The translations under genes and the position numbers were made by a program. Below, one piece after another: positions 47,293 through 57,692 of a DNA stretch of 64,000 nt; position 1 is the stretch's first letter; each line of letters begins with the position of its first letter. The notes beneath the pieces are model-generated. The model was not told the DNA's origin. It did no database searches and worked only from the letters and a program-made list of their open reading frames with translations. This DNA comes from Candidatus Atribacteria bacterium (GTDB taxonomy: Bacteria; Atribacterota; Phoenicimicrobiia; Phoenicimicrobiales; Stramentimicrobiaceae). The stretch covers positions 3,130 to 67,129 of the forward strand of contig JAKQEP010000081.1 in assembly GCA_029556475.1 (NCBI GenBank), given 5' to 3'.

Positions 47293-50094
47293 ATGAACAG
47301 ATTAGCTCAGTTTATTAACAAATACGCCAAAATTATCATTGTAATAGTATTAATATTGACTATCACGGGGGCAACTCAGATTAAAAACTTAAGAGTAGAT
47401 GATGATATTACCAAATACCTTGCTGAAGATAGTCCAGAAATACTTTTTTACCAGGAAATTTCTAAAAAATTTGAAAAATATGATCAGGACCTTATCTTAG
47501 TTTCCTTAGAATATCAGGATTTATTCACCCTGGAAAACCTCCAGAATTTTAAACTAATTCTTGAACAGTTAGAAAAATCTGATTATATTCTCTCCGTAAA
47601 TTCATTCTTAAATATGCCTAAAATCATTACTACTGATTATGGTATTGAGATAAGAGATTTTGTGGAGGTATTCCCTGAGACCGAGGTAGAAGCACAGGAG
47701 CTCAAAAAAAACGCCTTAGAAGATGATATGCTAATAGGAAATTATCTATCAGCAGATGGAAATGTGGGACTGCTGATGGTAGAGCCAAAAAACGATATCG
47801 ATGGATCTCTTTTAAGGACAGAGCTGGAAGAAATAATAAACAAATACAAACATAATGTAGAGTATTATAATTTGTTTGGAATGCCCATTATGGATGTTCA
47901 GATAACCGAAATGGCTCTTGATAACATGTCATTAGCCTTTATTGCCGCCTTTGTGGTTCTATCTCTTCTTTTCTATTGTTTTAGAAGCATACAGGGAACT
48001 ATTTTGCCCATTGCCATTGCCTTGCTCTCCTCTTTCTGGATATTAAGCTCGGTAGCTTCAACGGGAAAAACAGTTACTATTGTCATATCAACAATCCCAG
48101 TTCTCATGATTGCCCTGGCAACAGCATACGGTATTCACTTCATCAGTCGTTATTATGAAGAAAGGCAGCTTCTTTCTCCCCAGGAAGCCATTAAAAAAAC
48201 TATTGTTTCTGTTTTTACCCCCATCATGATGAGTGCCCTTACCACTATAGCAGGTTTCGTTTCACTTAGCTCCGTAGTTATAAGGCCTTTAACTGAATTT
48301 GGCATATTTGCCACTATTGGTATATTCACCGCTTTTCTGCTGACCATATTCTTATTAGGTGCAATTTTAAGAGTGTTCATACCTAAAAAAGTACCCCAAA
48401 ATTTCTCCTATCAGGCAAATGACTTGGTCACTAAAGTACTAAAATTAGTTTCACGGTCAATTTTTGTTAATAAAAAACTTATTCTGGGCATTGTTGCTAT
48501 TATTCTGGTGACCTCCAGTTTCTTTATCTCACAGGTAAAACCCGATTCTTCTATGGAAACCAGATTAGGAGTTAATAACCCAATTACTATTTCTATGGGT
48601 TATTTCAAAGAAAAATTTGGTGGTGTTGATTTTCTCTATATTTACTTAAATGCAGATAATGTAAAACATCCTTATATATTGAGGACTATAGATAAGATAC
48701 AAAACTATGCCAAACATTTAGACACTCTTTCTCAACCCTCTTCTATCACTACTTTTTTAGCTCAACTGAACAGTGCTATGGAAAACAAGAAAATTATTCC
48801 TTCTAATTCTGACAAAATTGACAATTTATGGTTCTTTACCGGTGACAATGAATATATAAATTCTATGCTTGCAGATGAAGACCAGTCAACTATCATACAA
48901 ATTCGAGCCAGTGAGATGACCTCTTCAGAAGTGAACAAATCTACTGAAAAGGTAGATAAATTCATTCAGTCCATCCCCAATAGAGTTAGAGAGATAGATT
49001 TATCTTCTCTATCAACAGAAGAACAAAAAAAGTATTTACCCTATCTGGTTCAGGACATTATTTCTTCCTGGAAAGCAAATAGTGTTAAAATTGACGAGCA
49101 ATTAGAACAGAAGTTGAGTGAAAAATTGATTCAAATTGTCAGAATGCCTGTTTCAAATTTTTATTATAGCACAGATAAGTTTGTAACAGAGATTTTACAA
49201 ATATCAGAATTAGAACTGGAAGATGTGGGTATTCAATCTGATGAAATGAGACCTATTCTCTTTAAATATCTGGAAAATTCTGCTCAGAATAATCAATTTT
49301 TAAATTTATTATCAGAAGAATTTGCACTTAGCATTGATGATGCTAAATACTTAAAAGAGATTATTGACAGTTCTTTGCAAATGGCTGGAGAGCGAGAAAA
49401 AATTAGATATGCCAGAGAGGAAGTTGAGCATATTATTAGCTCACCTTTAACATCCGACGATGCTGAATATTTATGGTATCTCACCGATGACTATGTCTAC
49501 CTCCCCGATGAACAGGGAGATATACATTTCTCCTATAGATTAACCGGTACCCCGGTTATTATGAACGCTGTAAATGAAAGCGTTTTTCATGGTCAGATTA
49601 AGAGTATGGTGATAGCTTTTATTATAGTTTTTATCTTATTGGTAGTACAGTTTGGTTCTTTTTTAACTGGATTAGTAGGCATGGTTCCAATCGTCTGTAC
49701 GGTTTTAACCGCCTTTGGTATAATGGGTATGGCAAATATTTCACTTAATATTGGTACTATGATGGTTGCCAGCATAGCAATTGGGGCAGGAATTGATTAT
49801 ACTATTCACTTTATTAGCCGATACAGACAAGAATTAGCTAATAATATGAATGAACCGGAAAAAGCAATGAAAATCACCCTAACCGGAACAGGTCGAGCAA
49901 TTGTCTTTAATTCTTTAGCTGTAGCAGCAGGGGCATTTGTGCTCACATTTTCAGAAATTGACATGATTGCTGAATTCACCAGATTGCTTAGTAGTGTTAT
50001 GCTGATAAGCGTAGTATACACACTGCTCTTATTGCCTTTACTGTTACACCATATTAATTCTAAGGTTTTAGGAAAATCTCAAGATAAACATTGA
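47293..50094 (+). CDS. MMPL/RND-superfamily exporter
   Basis: 933 aa. Two blocks of about 6 TM helices (around residues 215-365 and 770-920), each preceded by a large soluble domain. Confidence 0.8.
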   Translation: MNRLAQFINKYAKIIIVIVLILTITGATQIKNLRVDDDITKYLAEDSPEILFYQEISKKFEKYDQDLILVSLEYQDLFTLENLQNFKLILEQLEKSDYILSVNSFLNMPKIITTDYGIEIRDFVEVFPETEVEAQELKKNALEDDMLIGNYLSADGNVGLLMVEPKNDIDGSLLRTELEEIINKYKHNVEYYNLFGMPIMDVQITEMALDNMSLAFIAAFVVLSLLFYCFRSIQGTILPIAIALLSSFWILSSVASTGKTVTIVISTIPVLMIALATAYGIHFISRYYEERQLLSPQEAIKKTIVSVFTPIMMSALTTIAGFVSLSSVVIRPLTEFGIFATIGIFTAFLLTIFLLGAILRVFIPKKVPQNFSYQANDLVTKVLKLVSRSIFVNKKLILGIVAIILVTSSFFISQVKPDSSMETRLGVNNPITISMGYFKEKFGGVDFLYIYLNADNVKHPYILRTIDKIQNYAKHLDTLSQPSSITTFLAQLNSAMENKKIIPSNSDKIDNLWFFTGDNEYINSMLADEDQSTIIQIRASEMTSSEVNKSTEKVDKFIQSIPNRVREIDLSSLSTEEQKKYLPYLVQDIISSWKANSVKIDEQLEQKLSEKLIQIVRMPVSNFYYSTDKFVTEILQISELELEDVGIQSDEMRPILFKYLENSAQNNQFLNLLSEEFALSIDDAKYLKEIIDSSLQMAGEREKIRYAREEVEHIISSPLTSDDAEYLWYLTDDYVYLPDEQGDIHFSYRLTGTPVIMNAVNESVFHGQIKSMVIAFIIVFILLVVQFGSFLTGLVGMVPIVCTVLTAFGIMGMANISLNIGTMMVASIAIGAGIDYTIHFISRYRQELANNMNEPEKAMKITLTGTGRAIVFNSLAVAAGAFVLTFSEIDMIAEFTRLLSSVMLISVVYTLLLLPLLLHHINSKVLGKSQDKH

Positions 50095-50174
50095 TTTTAA
50101 AAAGATTAAATAATATTAAGATGTTCTTTGCTATTAACTAAATAGAAAATACTAAAAAACAAGGAGGGTATAAG

Positions 50175-50951
50175 ATGAGTTACATTAAGAGATTTTTTTA
50201 TATTGTATTTTTATTTATTCTGATTTTATTATTAAACTACAGTGCCAGTGCTGAGCAATTAACGGTAGACGAGATAATCAATAGAGTCAAAGAGAATCAG
50301 ATTGAATATGAAAATAGCAGAACTCAGGCAGAAATGGTCATTATTGATAAAAATGGCAAGACAGAAGAAAGAGAAATCATAATGTACCAAAAAGAAGAGG
50401 ACGATAAAATAAGCATTTTAATGCGCTTTTTATCTCCAAAAAATGTAGAGGGGGTCACCCTGTTAAGTTTAGATAATGGTGATAAAATCCAGCTTTTCAT
50501 GCCTGCATACCAGAGAACAAGAAGAATCTCGGGAACCACAAAAAAAGATAATTTCATGGGAACTGATTTTTCATACGAAGATCTGGGTATGGATTATCAG
50601 AATGATGATTATCTAAAGAAACTCTTAGAAGAAACTGAGACTCAATTCATAATTGAAGTAATTCCTATGGATGAGGATATTAACTATAGCAAATTTTTAC
50701 TCTATATTAATAAAGAACAATTTTATCTTGACAAAGTCGAATTCTTTGACTTAGAGGGAACTTTTACCAAAATGCTGGAAATTAAAGAGGTAAAAATTGA
50801 TGAAGAAGGTAAAAATACACCAACAAAAATTGAGATAACTAATATTATCGATAATCATAAAACTATTTTGAACATTAAGGATATTGAATACGATTTACAA
50901 CTGGCTGGTGATTTTTTCTCCATCCGAACCATGCAAAAACCAAAACTATAA
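50175..50951 (+). CDS. LolA-like outer-membrane lipoprotein-sorting family protein
   Basis: 258 aa with a signal peptide. The sequence (MVIIDKNGKTEEREI ... FMGTDFSYEDL ...) resembles the LolA-like family that commonly accompanies MMPL exporters. Confidence 0.65.
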   Translation: MSYIKRFFYIVFLFILILLLNYSASAEQLTVDEIINRVKENQIEYENSRTQAEMVIIDKNGKTEEREIIMYQKEEDDKISILMRFLSPKNVEGVTLLSLDNGDKIQLFMPAYQRTRRISGTTKKDNFMGTDFSYEDLGMDYQNDDYLKKLLEETETQFIIEVIPMDEDINYSKFLLYINKEQFYLDKVEFFDLEGTFTKMLEIKEVKIDEEGKNTPTKIEITNIIDNHKTILNIKDIEYDLQLAGDFFSIRTMQKPKL

Positions 50952-50979
50952 TGATAATAAATTTCAGAGGAGAAGTTTT

Positions 50980-52236
50980 ATGTCTAAAGAAAAATTATTA
51001 AATTTTTCAAAGGTGGTTTTATTCACGCTATCATTTTTAACAATTATTTCCCGGGCAGCTCTGTCATTTGAATCATCTCAAAAATTGTTTTATCAGGGCT
51101 CCTATTCCCTTCAGCAACAAAAAATTAATAATACTGTTACCCTCAAGATAGACTATATGCAGGAAATCACCAATGACCTCTTCTTTCAGGGAGACCTCAT
51201 ACTACGTACCAGCAACAAAGAATATTCCAAACCTTTCCTAATCGGACCCAATGAGTTTTATCTCAGCGCCTATGATGTTCTGGAAAATTTAGACCTAAAA
51301 ATAGGACAAATTATCACCAGATGGGGAGCGGCTGACTTTTTCAGCCCCCTGGATAACTTTAATCCCGCACCTCCCGAATTATCTCTAACCGGTAACCAAG
51401 GAAAAATTGGCGCACTGGGAATTAACGCTACCTACTATATAAACAGCCAGACTTATTTGCAGGCTGTTTTACTGCCCAGGCTGGAGACCTCTCCCTACCC
51501 TGATGAGTATTTGGAGGATTCCTATCTGACACAGTTTAAGCCCCTCTATCAGAAACAGGGTATCGATATTGATGCAGTGGAACTTTCTTATCTACCAACT
51601 AAAAATATGATCTGGGGAGTACAATTAAACCATACTTTTCCCACTTTTGATGTGGGTCTGAGTTACTATCGGGGGTATTATATGGACCCCTTCCCTGCTA
51701 ATCTGGATGTGGCTTTTAAGCCTACAGGAAATATTATGGAGGTAACTTTAAGCTATCCTGCCAGACAGGTACTGGGATTGGAATTTCAAGGTGACTTCCC
51801 TGGCATTGAAGGTGCCACCTTAAGAGGAGATCTGGCTTACATCATACCCGAGGTATGGATGTTTCAGGGAGAAAAGATGCTGGAAAAGCCTTATCTTCAG
51901 ACAATTATTAGCGCAGACTATACCACTGATTCAAACCTTTACTTAAATGGTGGTTTCATATATGGACTTCCCTTTGAAAGAGGCACACAGTGCTCACCAT
52001 ACCTTTATCTTAATGCCAAAAAAGAGATTACCAATTCTGACTTCAGTCCATCCTATACTGCAATTTTGAGCTTAAAGGATATGAGTATGGGAAATGCTAT
52101 TGGTATAGATTATCAGATAAGTAAGAATGTACTCGCCACTCTATCCTATGTCTTTATATCAGGAGATGTTAATTCTAAACTGGGTATATTAAAACCCTCT
52201 CAAGGTTTTTATTTTTCTCTGGAATGGTTATTCTAA
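50980..52236 (+). CDS. Putative outer-membrane beta-barrel protein
   Basis: Start taken at the ATG at 50980 (GAGGAG SD 8 nt upstream). Signal-like N-terminus, beta-strand-rich sequence, C-terminal ...FSLEWLF. Confidence 0.6.
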   Translation: MSKEKLLNFSKVVLFTLSFLTIISRAALSFESSQKLFYQGSYSLQQQKINNTVTLKIDYMQEITNDLFFQGDLILRTSNKEYSKPFLIGPNEFYLSAYDVLENLDLKIGQIITRWGAADFFSPLDNFNPAPPELSLTGNQGKIGALGINATYYINSQTYLQAVLLPRLETSPYPDEYLEDSYLTQFKPLYQKQGIDIDAVELSYLPTKNMIWGVQLNHTFPTFDVGLSYYRGYYMDPFPANLDVAFKPTGNIMEVTLSYPARQVLGLEFQGDFPGIEGATLRGDLAYIIPEVWMFQGEKMLEKPYLQTIISADYTTDSNLYLNGGFIYGLPFERGTQCSPYLYLNAKKEITNSDFSPSYTAILSLKDMSMGNAIGIDYQISKNVLATLSYVFISGDVNSKLGILKPSQGFYFSLEWLF

Positions 52237-52270
52237 AATAATTATCTGATGCGTAATAAGGCGATTTAAA

Positions 52271-52304
52271 AAGAGCATTATTTCTTTCAGGAAATAATGC
52301 TCTT
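52271..52304 (-). terminator. Stem-loop terminator overlapping the 3' end of the flavin reductase gene
   Basis: AAGAGCATTATTTC (52271-52284) pairs with GAAATAATGCTCTT (52291-52304), forming a ~14-bp stem that includes the stop codon. It lies between convergent genes, and UUUAAAU follows on the minus strand. Confidence 0.55.
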
Positions 52305-52859
52305 ACCAATTTCAAACCCTTTCCCCAGATAACTTCCTCTACTGTAGTATCCTTTCGGTCCTGGAAGATAGAGAATAGGTTCAAGTTTACTGGCATCTAT
52401 CCTGCCCTGTTCATCAAGTAAATTATCTTCAACTTTAATATCCATAATCTCACCGATAAACTCGGTATGTAGACCAATTTCAATGGAATTAATAAGTTTG
52501 CATTCCAGAACAATAGGAAACTCTCTACCATATGGGGCATTTACAATATCACTTTTAACCGGAGTAATGCCTGTTTCTGCGAACTTGTCATATTCTCTAC
52601 CGGAAACTAAGCCGTAATAATCTGCCTCTTTTATTTTATCGCTAAACAAAATATTTACTGTAAAGGCTTTATTCAAAACGATATTATTATAAGAATAGGT
52701 GGCCTTCCTCAAAGAAATATTGATACAGGGAGGAACAGAACAACATATTCCACCCCAGGCACAGGTCATTAGGTTTGGTTTTAGCTGTTCATCGTAACTT
52801 CCTACCACTAAAACTGGAACACCTGGTAAAAAAGTGTTTGCCCCTATTGATTTTTTCAT
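52287..52859 (-). CDS. Flavin reductase-like FMN-binding domain protein
   Basis: 190 aa. PVLVVGSYDE...NLMTCAWGG is typical of the flavin reductase-like split-barrel family. Confidence 0.75.
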   Translation of the reverse strand: MKKSIGANTFLPGVPVLVVGSYDEQLKPNLMTCAWGGICCSVPPCINISLRKATYSYNNIVLNKAFTVNILFSDKIKEADYYGLVSGREYDKFAETGITPVKSDIVNAPYGREFPIVLECKLINSIEIGLHTEFIGEIMDIKVEDNLLDEQGRIDASKLEPILYLPGPKGYYSRGSYLGKGFEIGKSIIS

Positions 52860-53020
52860 AGATACTCTCCTCTATTTTTAAAATAATTTTAGTTGTAAAT
52901 ACAGAATACTTTAATTTTAACTTTTTTTAGTTTAACAGAACAATTCATTTTTTTCTATCACATTTAACTTTGTTATGTTATAATCTTATAGTTATTTTAC
53001 AGGATAAAAGGAGCAAACAG

Positions 53021-54193
53021 GTGATAGACAGCAAAGATATTCATTATATCTCACTAAATGAAAAAGACATTTTTCTAATTGGAACTGCTCATATCTCTAA
53101 AACCAGCGCAGAAACAGTTAAAAATTTCATTACGAAGGAGAAGCCCGATTCCGTATGCGTGGAGTTATGCCAGTCACGATACCAGTCCATTACTGACCCC
53201 GAAAAATGGAAAAATATGGACATTATTACCATTATCAAACAGAAAAAGGCTCTTCTCTTATTGGTAAATCTGATACTATCTGCCTTTCAAAAAAGGATTG
53301 CTCATCAGCTTGGACTAAATCCGGGACAGGAAATGATTGAGGCTATACAGGTAGCTAAAGAAAATAATATCAATCTTGTTCTGGCTGATCGTGATATACA
53401 GCTCACTTTTACCAGAATATGGAAAAAACTGGGATTTTTCGGTAAATTCAAACTATTGTTTATGCTCTTAATGAGTATCTTTGCCAAAGAGGATATTTCA
53501 GAAGAGGAGATCGAGAGGCTAAAATCCGAGGATGTACTTACCGCCGCCCTGAACGATCTGGCTGTATCTTTTCCTCGCTTGAAGAGCACCTTAATCGATG
53601 AACGTGACCAGTATCTGGCAGAGAAAATAAAAAATGCTCCGGGTAAAAAGATAGTTGCCGTAGTCGGCGCAGGACATATACCGGGAATTAAAGAAGAATT
53701 ATTTAAAGAACATGATTTAAATGCCTTAAATTATATTCCTAAAAGTGCTAACTGGGTAAAATGGCTCTTGTGGGCTATCCCCATTGCCATTATCGTAATG
53801 ATTATTTCCACATTCAGAATATCTGCCATCAGCGGAATGAATCAAATCTTACAATGGCTACTCTGGAATGGCTCTCTGGCTGCCCTGGGTGCTTTCCTTA
53901 CTGCTGCCCATCCACTGTCCATCCTGACCGCTTTTTTAGCGGCTCCCATCACCTCGTTAAATCCGTTGCTGGCAGCCGGTTGGTTTGCCGGTATAACAGA
54001 GGCAATAGTTAGAAAACCAAGGGTGGAAGATTTTGAAAACTTAGGCAATATCACGACATTTGGTGATTTTTTTCGAAATCGGGTAACTAAAATACTGCTG
54101 GTAGTAGCATTGACCAATCTGGGCAGTTCCTTCGGCACATTCATAGGCGGGGCAAAAATTATCCAGATATTTATGAATACAATTTCTTCTTAA
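53021..54193 (+). CDS. TraB/PrgY/GumN-family protein with a C-terminal membrane domain
   Basis: IFLIGTAHIS ... VCVELC ... GAGHIPG motifs, with TM helices in the last ~150 aa. GTG start at 53021 preceded by AAAGGAG. Confidence 0.8.
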   Translation: MIDSKDIHYISLNEKDIFLIGTAHISKTSAETVKNFITKEKPDSVCVELCQSRYQSITDPEKWKNMDIITIIKQKKALLLLVNLILSAFQKRIAHQLGLNPGQEMIEAIQVAKENNINLVLADRDIQLTFTRIWKKLGFFGKFKLLFMLLMSIFAKEDISEEEIERLKSEDVLTAALNDLAVSFPRLKSTLIDERDQYLAEKIKNAPGKKIVAVVGAGHIPGIKEELFKEHDLNALNYIPKSANWVKWLLWAIPIAIIVMIISTFRISAISGMNQILQWLLWNGSLAALGAFLTAAHPLSILTAFLAAPITSLNPLLAAGWFAGITEAIVRKPRVEDFENLGNITTFGDFFRNRVTKILLVVALTNLGSSFGTFIGGAKIIQIFMNTISS

Positions 54194-54312
54194 TCTTTCA
54201 GCTCTATTTTTAATAATGTGCTTGTGGGAAGATAACCACCCTATCCTAGATATATTGTGTTTAAATAAAAAAGGGGAATATAAATTCCTCTTTTTTTCTG
54301 CTACACATCTTA

Positions 54313-54759
54313 TTAGTTTGTTTCGATGGTTATTTCTTTGGGTTTTTCTTCCGGTTTTTTAGGTAATGAAATCTCCAGAATTCCATTTTTGTATTTTGCC
54401 TTAATATTGTCTTTATCTATTCCTGCCGGCAGGGAAATACTTCTGGAAAACTTACCATAAACCCTTTCACAACAATAGTAGTCTTCTTTTTTAACATCTT
54501 TGTCTTTTTCTATTTCACCTTCTATAGTAAGATTACTATCGGTTAGCGAAACTTTGATGTCTTTCTGGTCAACCCCTGGCAATTCAACCCTGGCCACTAA
54601 TTTATCCTTCTGGTCGAGCACATCGATGGCAGGAGACCATACTCCTCCTTCTTCCCATCTTCTCCTTCTATGCCATTCCGGTCTTCCCATTACATCAAAG
54701 TATTCATCAAAAAGACTGCGCATCAGCGGGCTTCTTGGTTCCCAACGAATTATGTCCAT
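54313..54759 (-). CDS. Small heat-shock protein (Hsp20 / alpha-crystallin family)
   Basis: 148 aa, with PAIDVLDQKDKLVARVELPGV and the GILEISLPK alpha-crystallin signature. Confidence 0.9.
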   Translation of the reverse strand: MDIIRWEPRSPLMRSLFDEYFDVMGRPEWHRRRRWEEGGVWSPAIDVLDQKDKLVARVELPGVDQKDIKVSLTDSNLTIEGEIEKDKDVKKEDYYCCERVYGKFSRSISLPAGIDKDNIKAKYKNGILEISLPKKPEEKPKEITIETN

Positions 54760-54790
54760 ATTTCAAACCCTCCTTATTTTTTAAATATTA

Positions 54791-55210
54791 TTAGTCAAAA
54801 TATTCCAGCAACATCTTCAAAGAACCCTTTATGGTATTTATTACCTCATCAGAAAATTCTTTTTGGAGGCTTTCCTCCAATTCCTTCTGATTTATTTTAA
54901 TTCTCTCTTTTACCTCTATCCCTTTTTCGGAAAGGGTAACAGAAACTGCTCGCCGGTCACGGGTACTTATACGGCGGATAAAATAACCCCTTTTAACCAG
55001 ATTATCTATTACCCGGCTACTACGAGAAGGTGATAATCCCATTGCCTCAGACATTTCCATACAGGTCATCTCCTGCCCTATCTCCTGTGACATAATACCT
55101 CGGTATTCTGCCATAGAAAGATTACAGGCTATCCGTAAATATTCTTGCTCAAGTACTCTATTCATTTTCAAACTGGTAATCAAATTTACAATATCATTGC
55201 TCATATTCAT
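54791..55210 (-). CDS. MarR-family transcriptional regulator
   Basis: Winged-helix region (MTCMEMSEAMGLSPSRSSRVIDNLVKRGYFIRRISTRDRRAVSVTLSEKG). Start taken at the ATG at 55210. It lies 31 nt upstream of hsp20. Confidence 0.8.
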   Translation of the reverse strand: MNMSNDIVNLITSLKMNRVLEQEYLRIACNLSMAEYRGIMSQEIGQEMTCMEMSEAMGLSPSRSSRVIDNLVKRGYFIRRISTRDRRAVSVTLSEKGIEVKERIKINQKELEESLQKEFSDEVINTIKGSLKMLLEYFD

Positions 55211-55234
55211 AACCTTATGTGTTATTAACAATAT

Positions 55235-55291
55235 ATGCTAATAGCATTTCTTTCTATTAACAATTATAGATGGATAGATTAAGTTTGTCAA
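55235..55291 (-). promoter_or_regulatory. Consensus promoter and palindromic operator of the marR-hsp20 operon
   Basis: Minus strand TTGACA (55291-55286), a 17-nt spacer, then TATAAT (55268-55263). A perfect 6-1-6 palindrome ATGCTAATAGCAT (55235-55247) lies just downstream of the predicted start site. Confidence 0.65.
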
Positions 55292-55454
55292 TACCTCAAA
55301 TTGCCCCTTTAAATATAAACAGAAGCTTCACTGCTACCTCTTAAAAGGATAATTAAAATAATACTGCTATCCTGTTTTCTTATTATTTTCACCCTGTCTG
55401 TATTATCAGCATCATTATAATAATTGACAAGTATTGTAAAGATAATTCTAACTA

Positions 55455-57092
55455 TTATTCGTTTCGTTTCCAATATTTCTTAATAAGCTGATTGGTAGAG
55501 CTATCATGAGTAAGGTGGGATATGGCGGGGTTTTTCAGTTCTTCTGCAATTCTGGTTGCCAGTACTTTACCTAATTCTACCCCCCACTGGTCAAAAGAAT
55601 TAATTTTCCAGATTATCCCTTGAGTAAAAACAGTATGTTCATATAAAGCGATCAATTTCCCTAAATTCTCCGGTGTCAGTCTATCCAGTATTATCATACT
55701 GGAAGGACGATTTCCCTCAAATACCCGATAGGGGATTAGTTTTTCTCCTACCCCTTCCATCCGTAAAACCTCCTCCGTCTTGCCAAAGGCCAATGCCTCT
55801 GCCTGTGCAAAGACATTAGAAATAAGCAGTTCATGATGTTTGCCTATTTTATGTAAGGGCTCTAAGAAAGCAATAAAATCACAGGGAATAAGTTTAGTCC
55901 CCTGATGCATTAATTGATAAAAAGAATGCTGTCCATTGGTACCAACCTCACCCCAGTAGATCGGACCAGTCTGATAAGCTACTCTTCTGCCTTCAATATC
56001 AACACATTTGCCATTACTCTCCATTGTTACCTGCTGGAGATAAACCGGAAATAATTTCAGATATTGCTCATAGGGGAGAATTGCTGATGTTTCCGCTCCA
56101 AAGAAATTATTGTACCAGATACTAAGGAGCGCCATAAGCACCGGTATATTTCTCTCCAGAGGTGTGTGATGAAAATGTTGGTCAATCCTGTGAGCCCCTC
56201 TTAATAAAGAATAAAAGTTTTCCGGACCGATAGCAATCATAACAGATAGACCAATCGCCGAGCATAATGAATAACGCCCTCCTACCCAGTCCCAGAAGAC
56301 AAACATATTTTCAGGGGCAATGCCAAATTCCTGTACCATAGTTCTATTGGTAGAAACAGCCACAAAATGCTTGCTAATAGCCTTATCATTTTTGTGGTGA
56401 TTCAGTAGCCAGGTTCGGGCGGTATGGGTATTAACCATTGTTTCAGGGGTAGTAAAGCTTTTAGAAGAAATGATAAAAAGCGTTTCTTCCGGATTAAGAC
56501 CGGATACTTTCTCGTAAAAATCTGTCCCATCTATATTGGAAAGAAAAGCAAACTTGATTTCTGGTATACTATAATAACGCAAAGCCTGATAAGCCATCTC
56601 TGGACCCAGATTAGAACCGCCAATACCAATACTGATGACATTCCTGATAGATTTTCCGGTGAACCCCTTCCATTGACCACTGCGGATCTGGCTGGCAAAA
56701 TTTGCCATCTTATGAAGCACTTCGTGAACCTTGACTACAGCATCTTCGCCATCAACTATAATGGAATCTCCTCTGGGTGAGCGCAAGGCAATATGTAATA
56801 CAGCCCTGTCTTCGCTAATATTAATCTTTTCTCCGCTGAACATAGCTTCAATGTGACCCTGCAAAGCAGATTGTTCTGCCAGTTGTAGCAACAGGTTTAA
56901 AGTTTCAGAGGTAATTCTGTGTTTGGAATAATCGAAATAGATCCCTTCATCTTCTACAACCATTTTTTCTCCCCTTTGTGGGTCATCCTCAAAAAGCTGC
57001 CGCAGATGTACTTTCTTTATCTTTTCATAGTGCTCTTCCAGTAATTTCCAGACAGGATAAGCTTCCCTTAAATATCCTTCTCCCTCTTTCAT
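55455..57092 (-). CDS. pgi: Glucose-6-phosphate isomerase (long, E. coli-type)
   Basis: 545 aa, with IGIGGSNLGP, DWVGGRYS, ESNGK and GQHSFYQL motifs. Confidence 0.9.
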   Translation of the reverse strand: MKEGEGYLREAYPVWKLLEEHYEKIKKVHLRQLFEDDPQRGEKMVVEDEGIYFDYSKHRITSETLNLLLQLAEQSALQGHIEAMFSGEKINISEDRAVLHIALRSPRGDSIIVDGEDAVVKVHEVLHKMANFASQIRSGQWKGFTGKSIRNVISIGIGGSNLGPEMAYQALRYYSIPEIKFAFLSNIDGTDFYEKVSGLNPEETLFIISSKSFTTPETMVNTHTARTWLLNHHKNDKAISKHFVAVSTNRTMVQEFGIAPENMFVFWDWVGGRYSLCSAIGLSVMIAIGPENFYSLLRGAHRIDQHFHHTPLERNIPVLMALLSIWYNNFFGAETSAILPYEQYLKLFPVYLQQVTMESNGKCVDIEGRRVAYQTGPIYWGEVGTNGQHSFYQLMHQGTKLIPCDFIAFLEPLHKIGKHHELLISNVFAQAEALAFGKTEEVLRMEGVGEKLIPYRVFEGNRPSSMIILDRLTPENLGKLIALYEHTVFTQGIIWKINSFDQWGVELGKVLATRIAEELKNPAISHLTHDSSTNQLIKKYWKRNE

Positions 57093-57362
57093 ATCAAACC
57101 TCCAACAACAAAATTCTCACTTTTCATAAAAATGATTGGTTTATCATTATTATAATACCTCTCATTTTGTTTTAACAATTATTTACTATTATACCCTTTT
57201 TTAAAACATACTTTTTTAGAACCCTTTCTTTTTGCTTAAAGAATGGGAAAGCTCTTTTCCTAATATAAATGCTACCTGTGGTTTCAAAATCTTATTTACT
57301 ATTAAACAAATGGAGATTCATATATAATGTATGTAAATTATGAAAGTGGAGGGATTTAGATT

Positions 57363-57692
57363 ATGTCAAAGGTCTTTAAGGTACAGGCGACCTGGTTGTC
57401 CGGAACGCAGGTTGAAAGTGAGGCAAGGGAATTTAAAATGCTTTTGGATAAACCAAAAGAAGAAAATGGTACCGATTTAGGACCTAAACCGTCTGAGGTC
57501 GCACTACAGGCTCTGGGTAGCTGTCTCATTTTTGCCTACCTCTATGCTGCTAACAGGTTAGAGGTAGCTATTGATGGTTTAAAAGTAAATAAAGAGATAG
57601 AGAAAGTTCACAATTTAGCATTAAAAGCATCACCTATGTATGATAATTTTATCAATCCTATAGAGGTAACCGACTCTTTCTTTATACTCTGA
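57363..57692 (+). CDS. OsmC/Ohr-family protein, shortened variant (possible decayed gene)
   Basis: The N-terminal ~75 aa is OsmC-like (GPKPSEVALQALGSC). About 30-35 residues seem to be missing before the C-terminal segment. The second conserved Cys context reads SP instead of CP. Confidence 0.55.
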   Translation: MSKVFKVQATWLSGTQVESEAREFKMLLDKPKEENGTDLGPKPSEVALQALGSCLIFAYLYAANRLEVAIDGLKVNKEIEKVHNLALKASPMYDNFINPIEVTDSFFIL

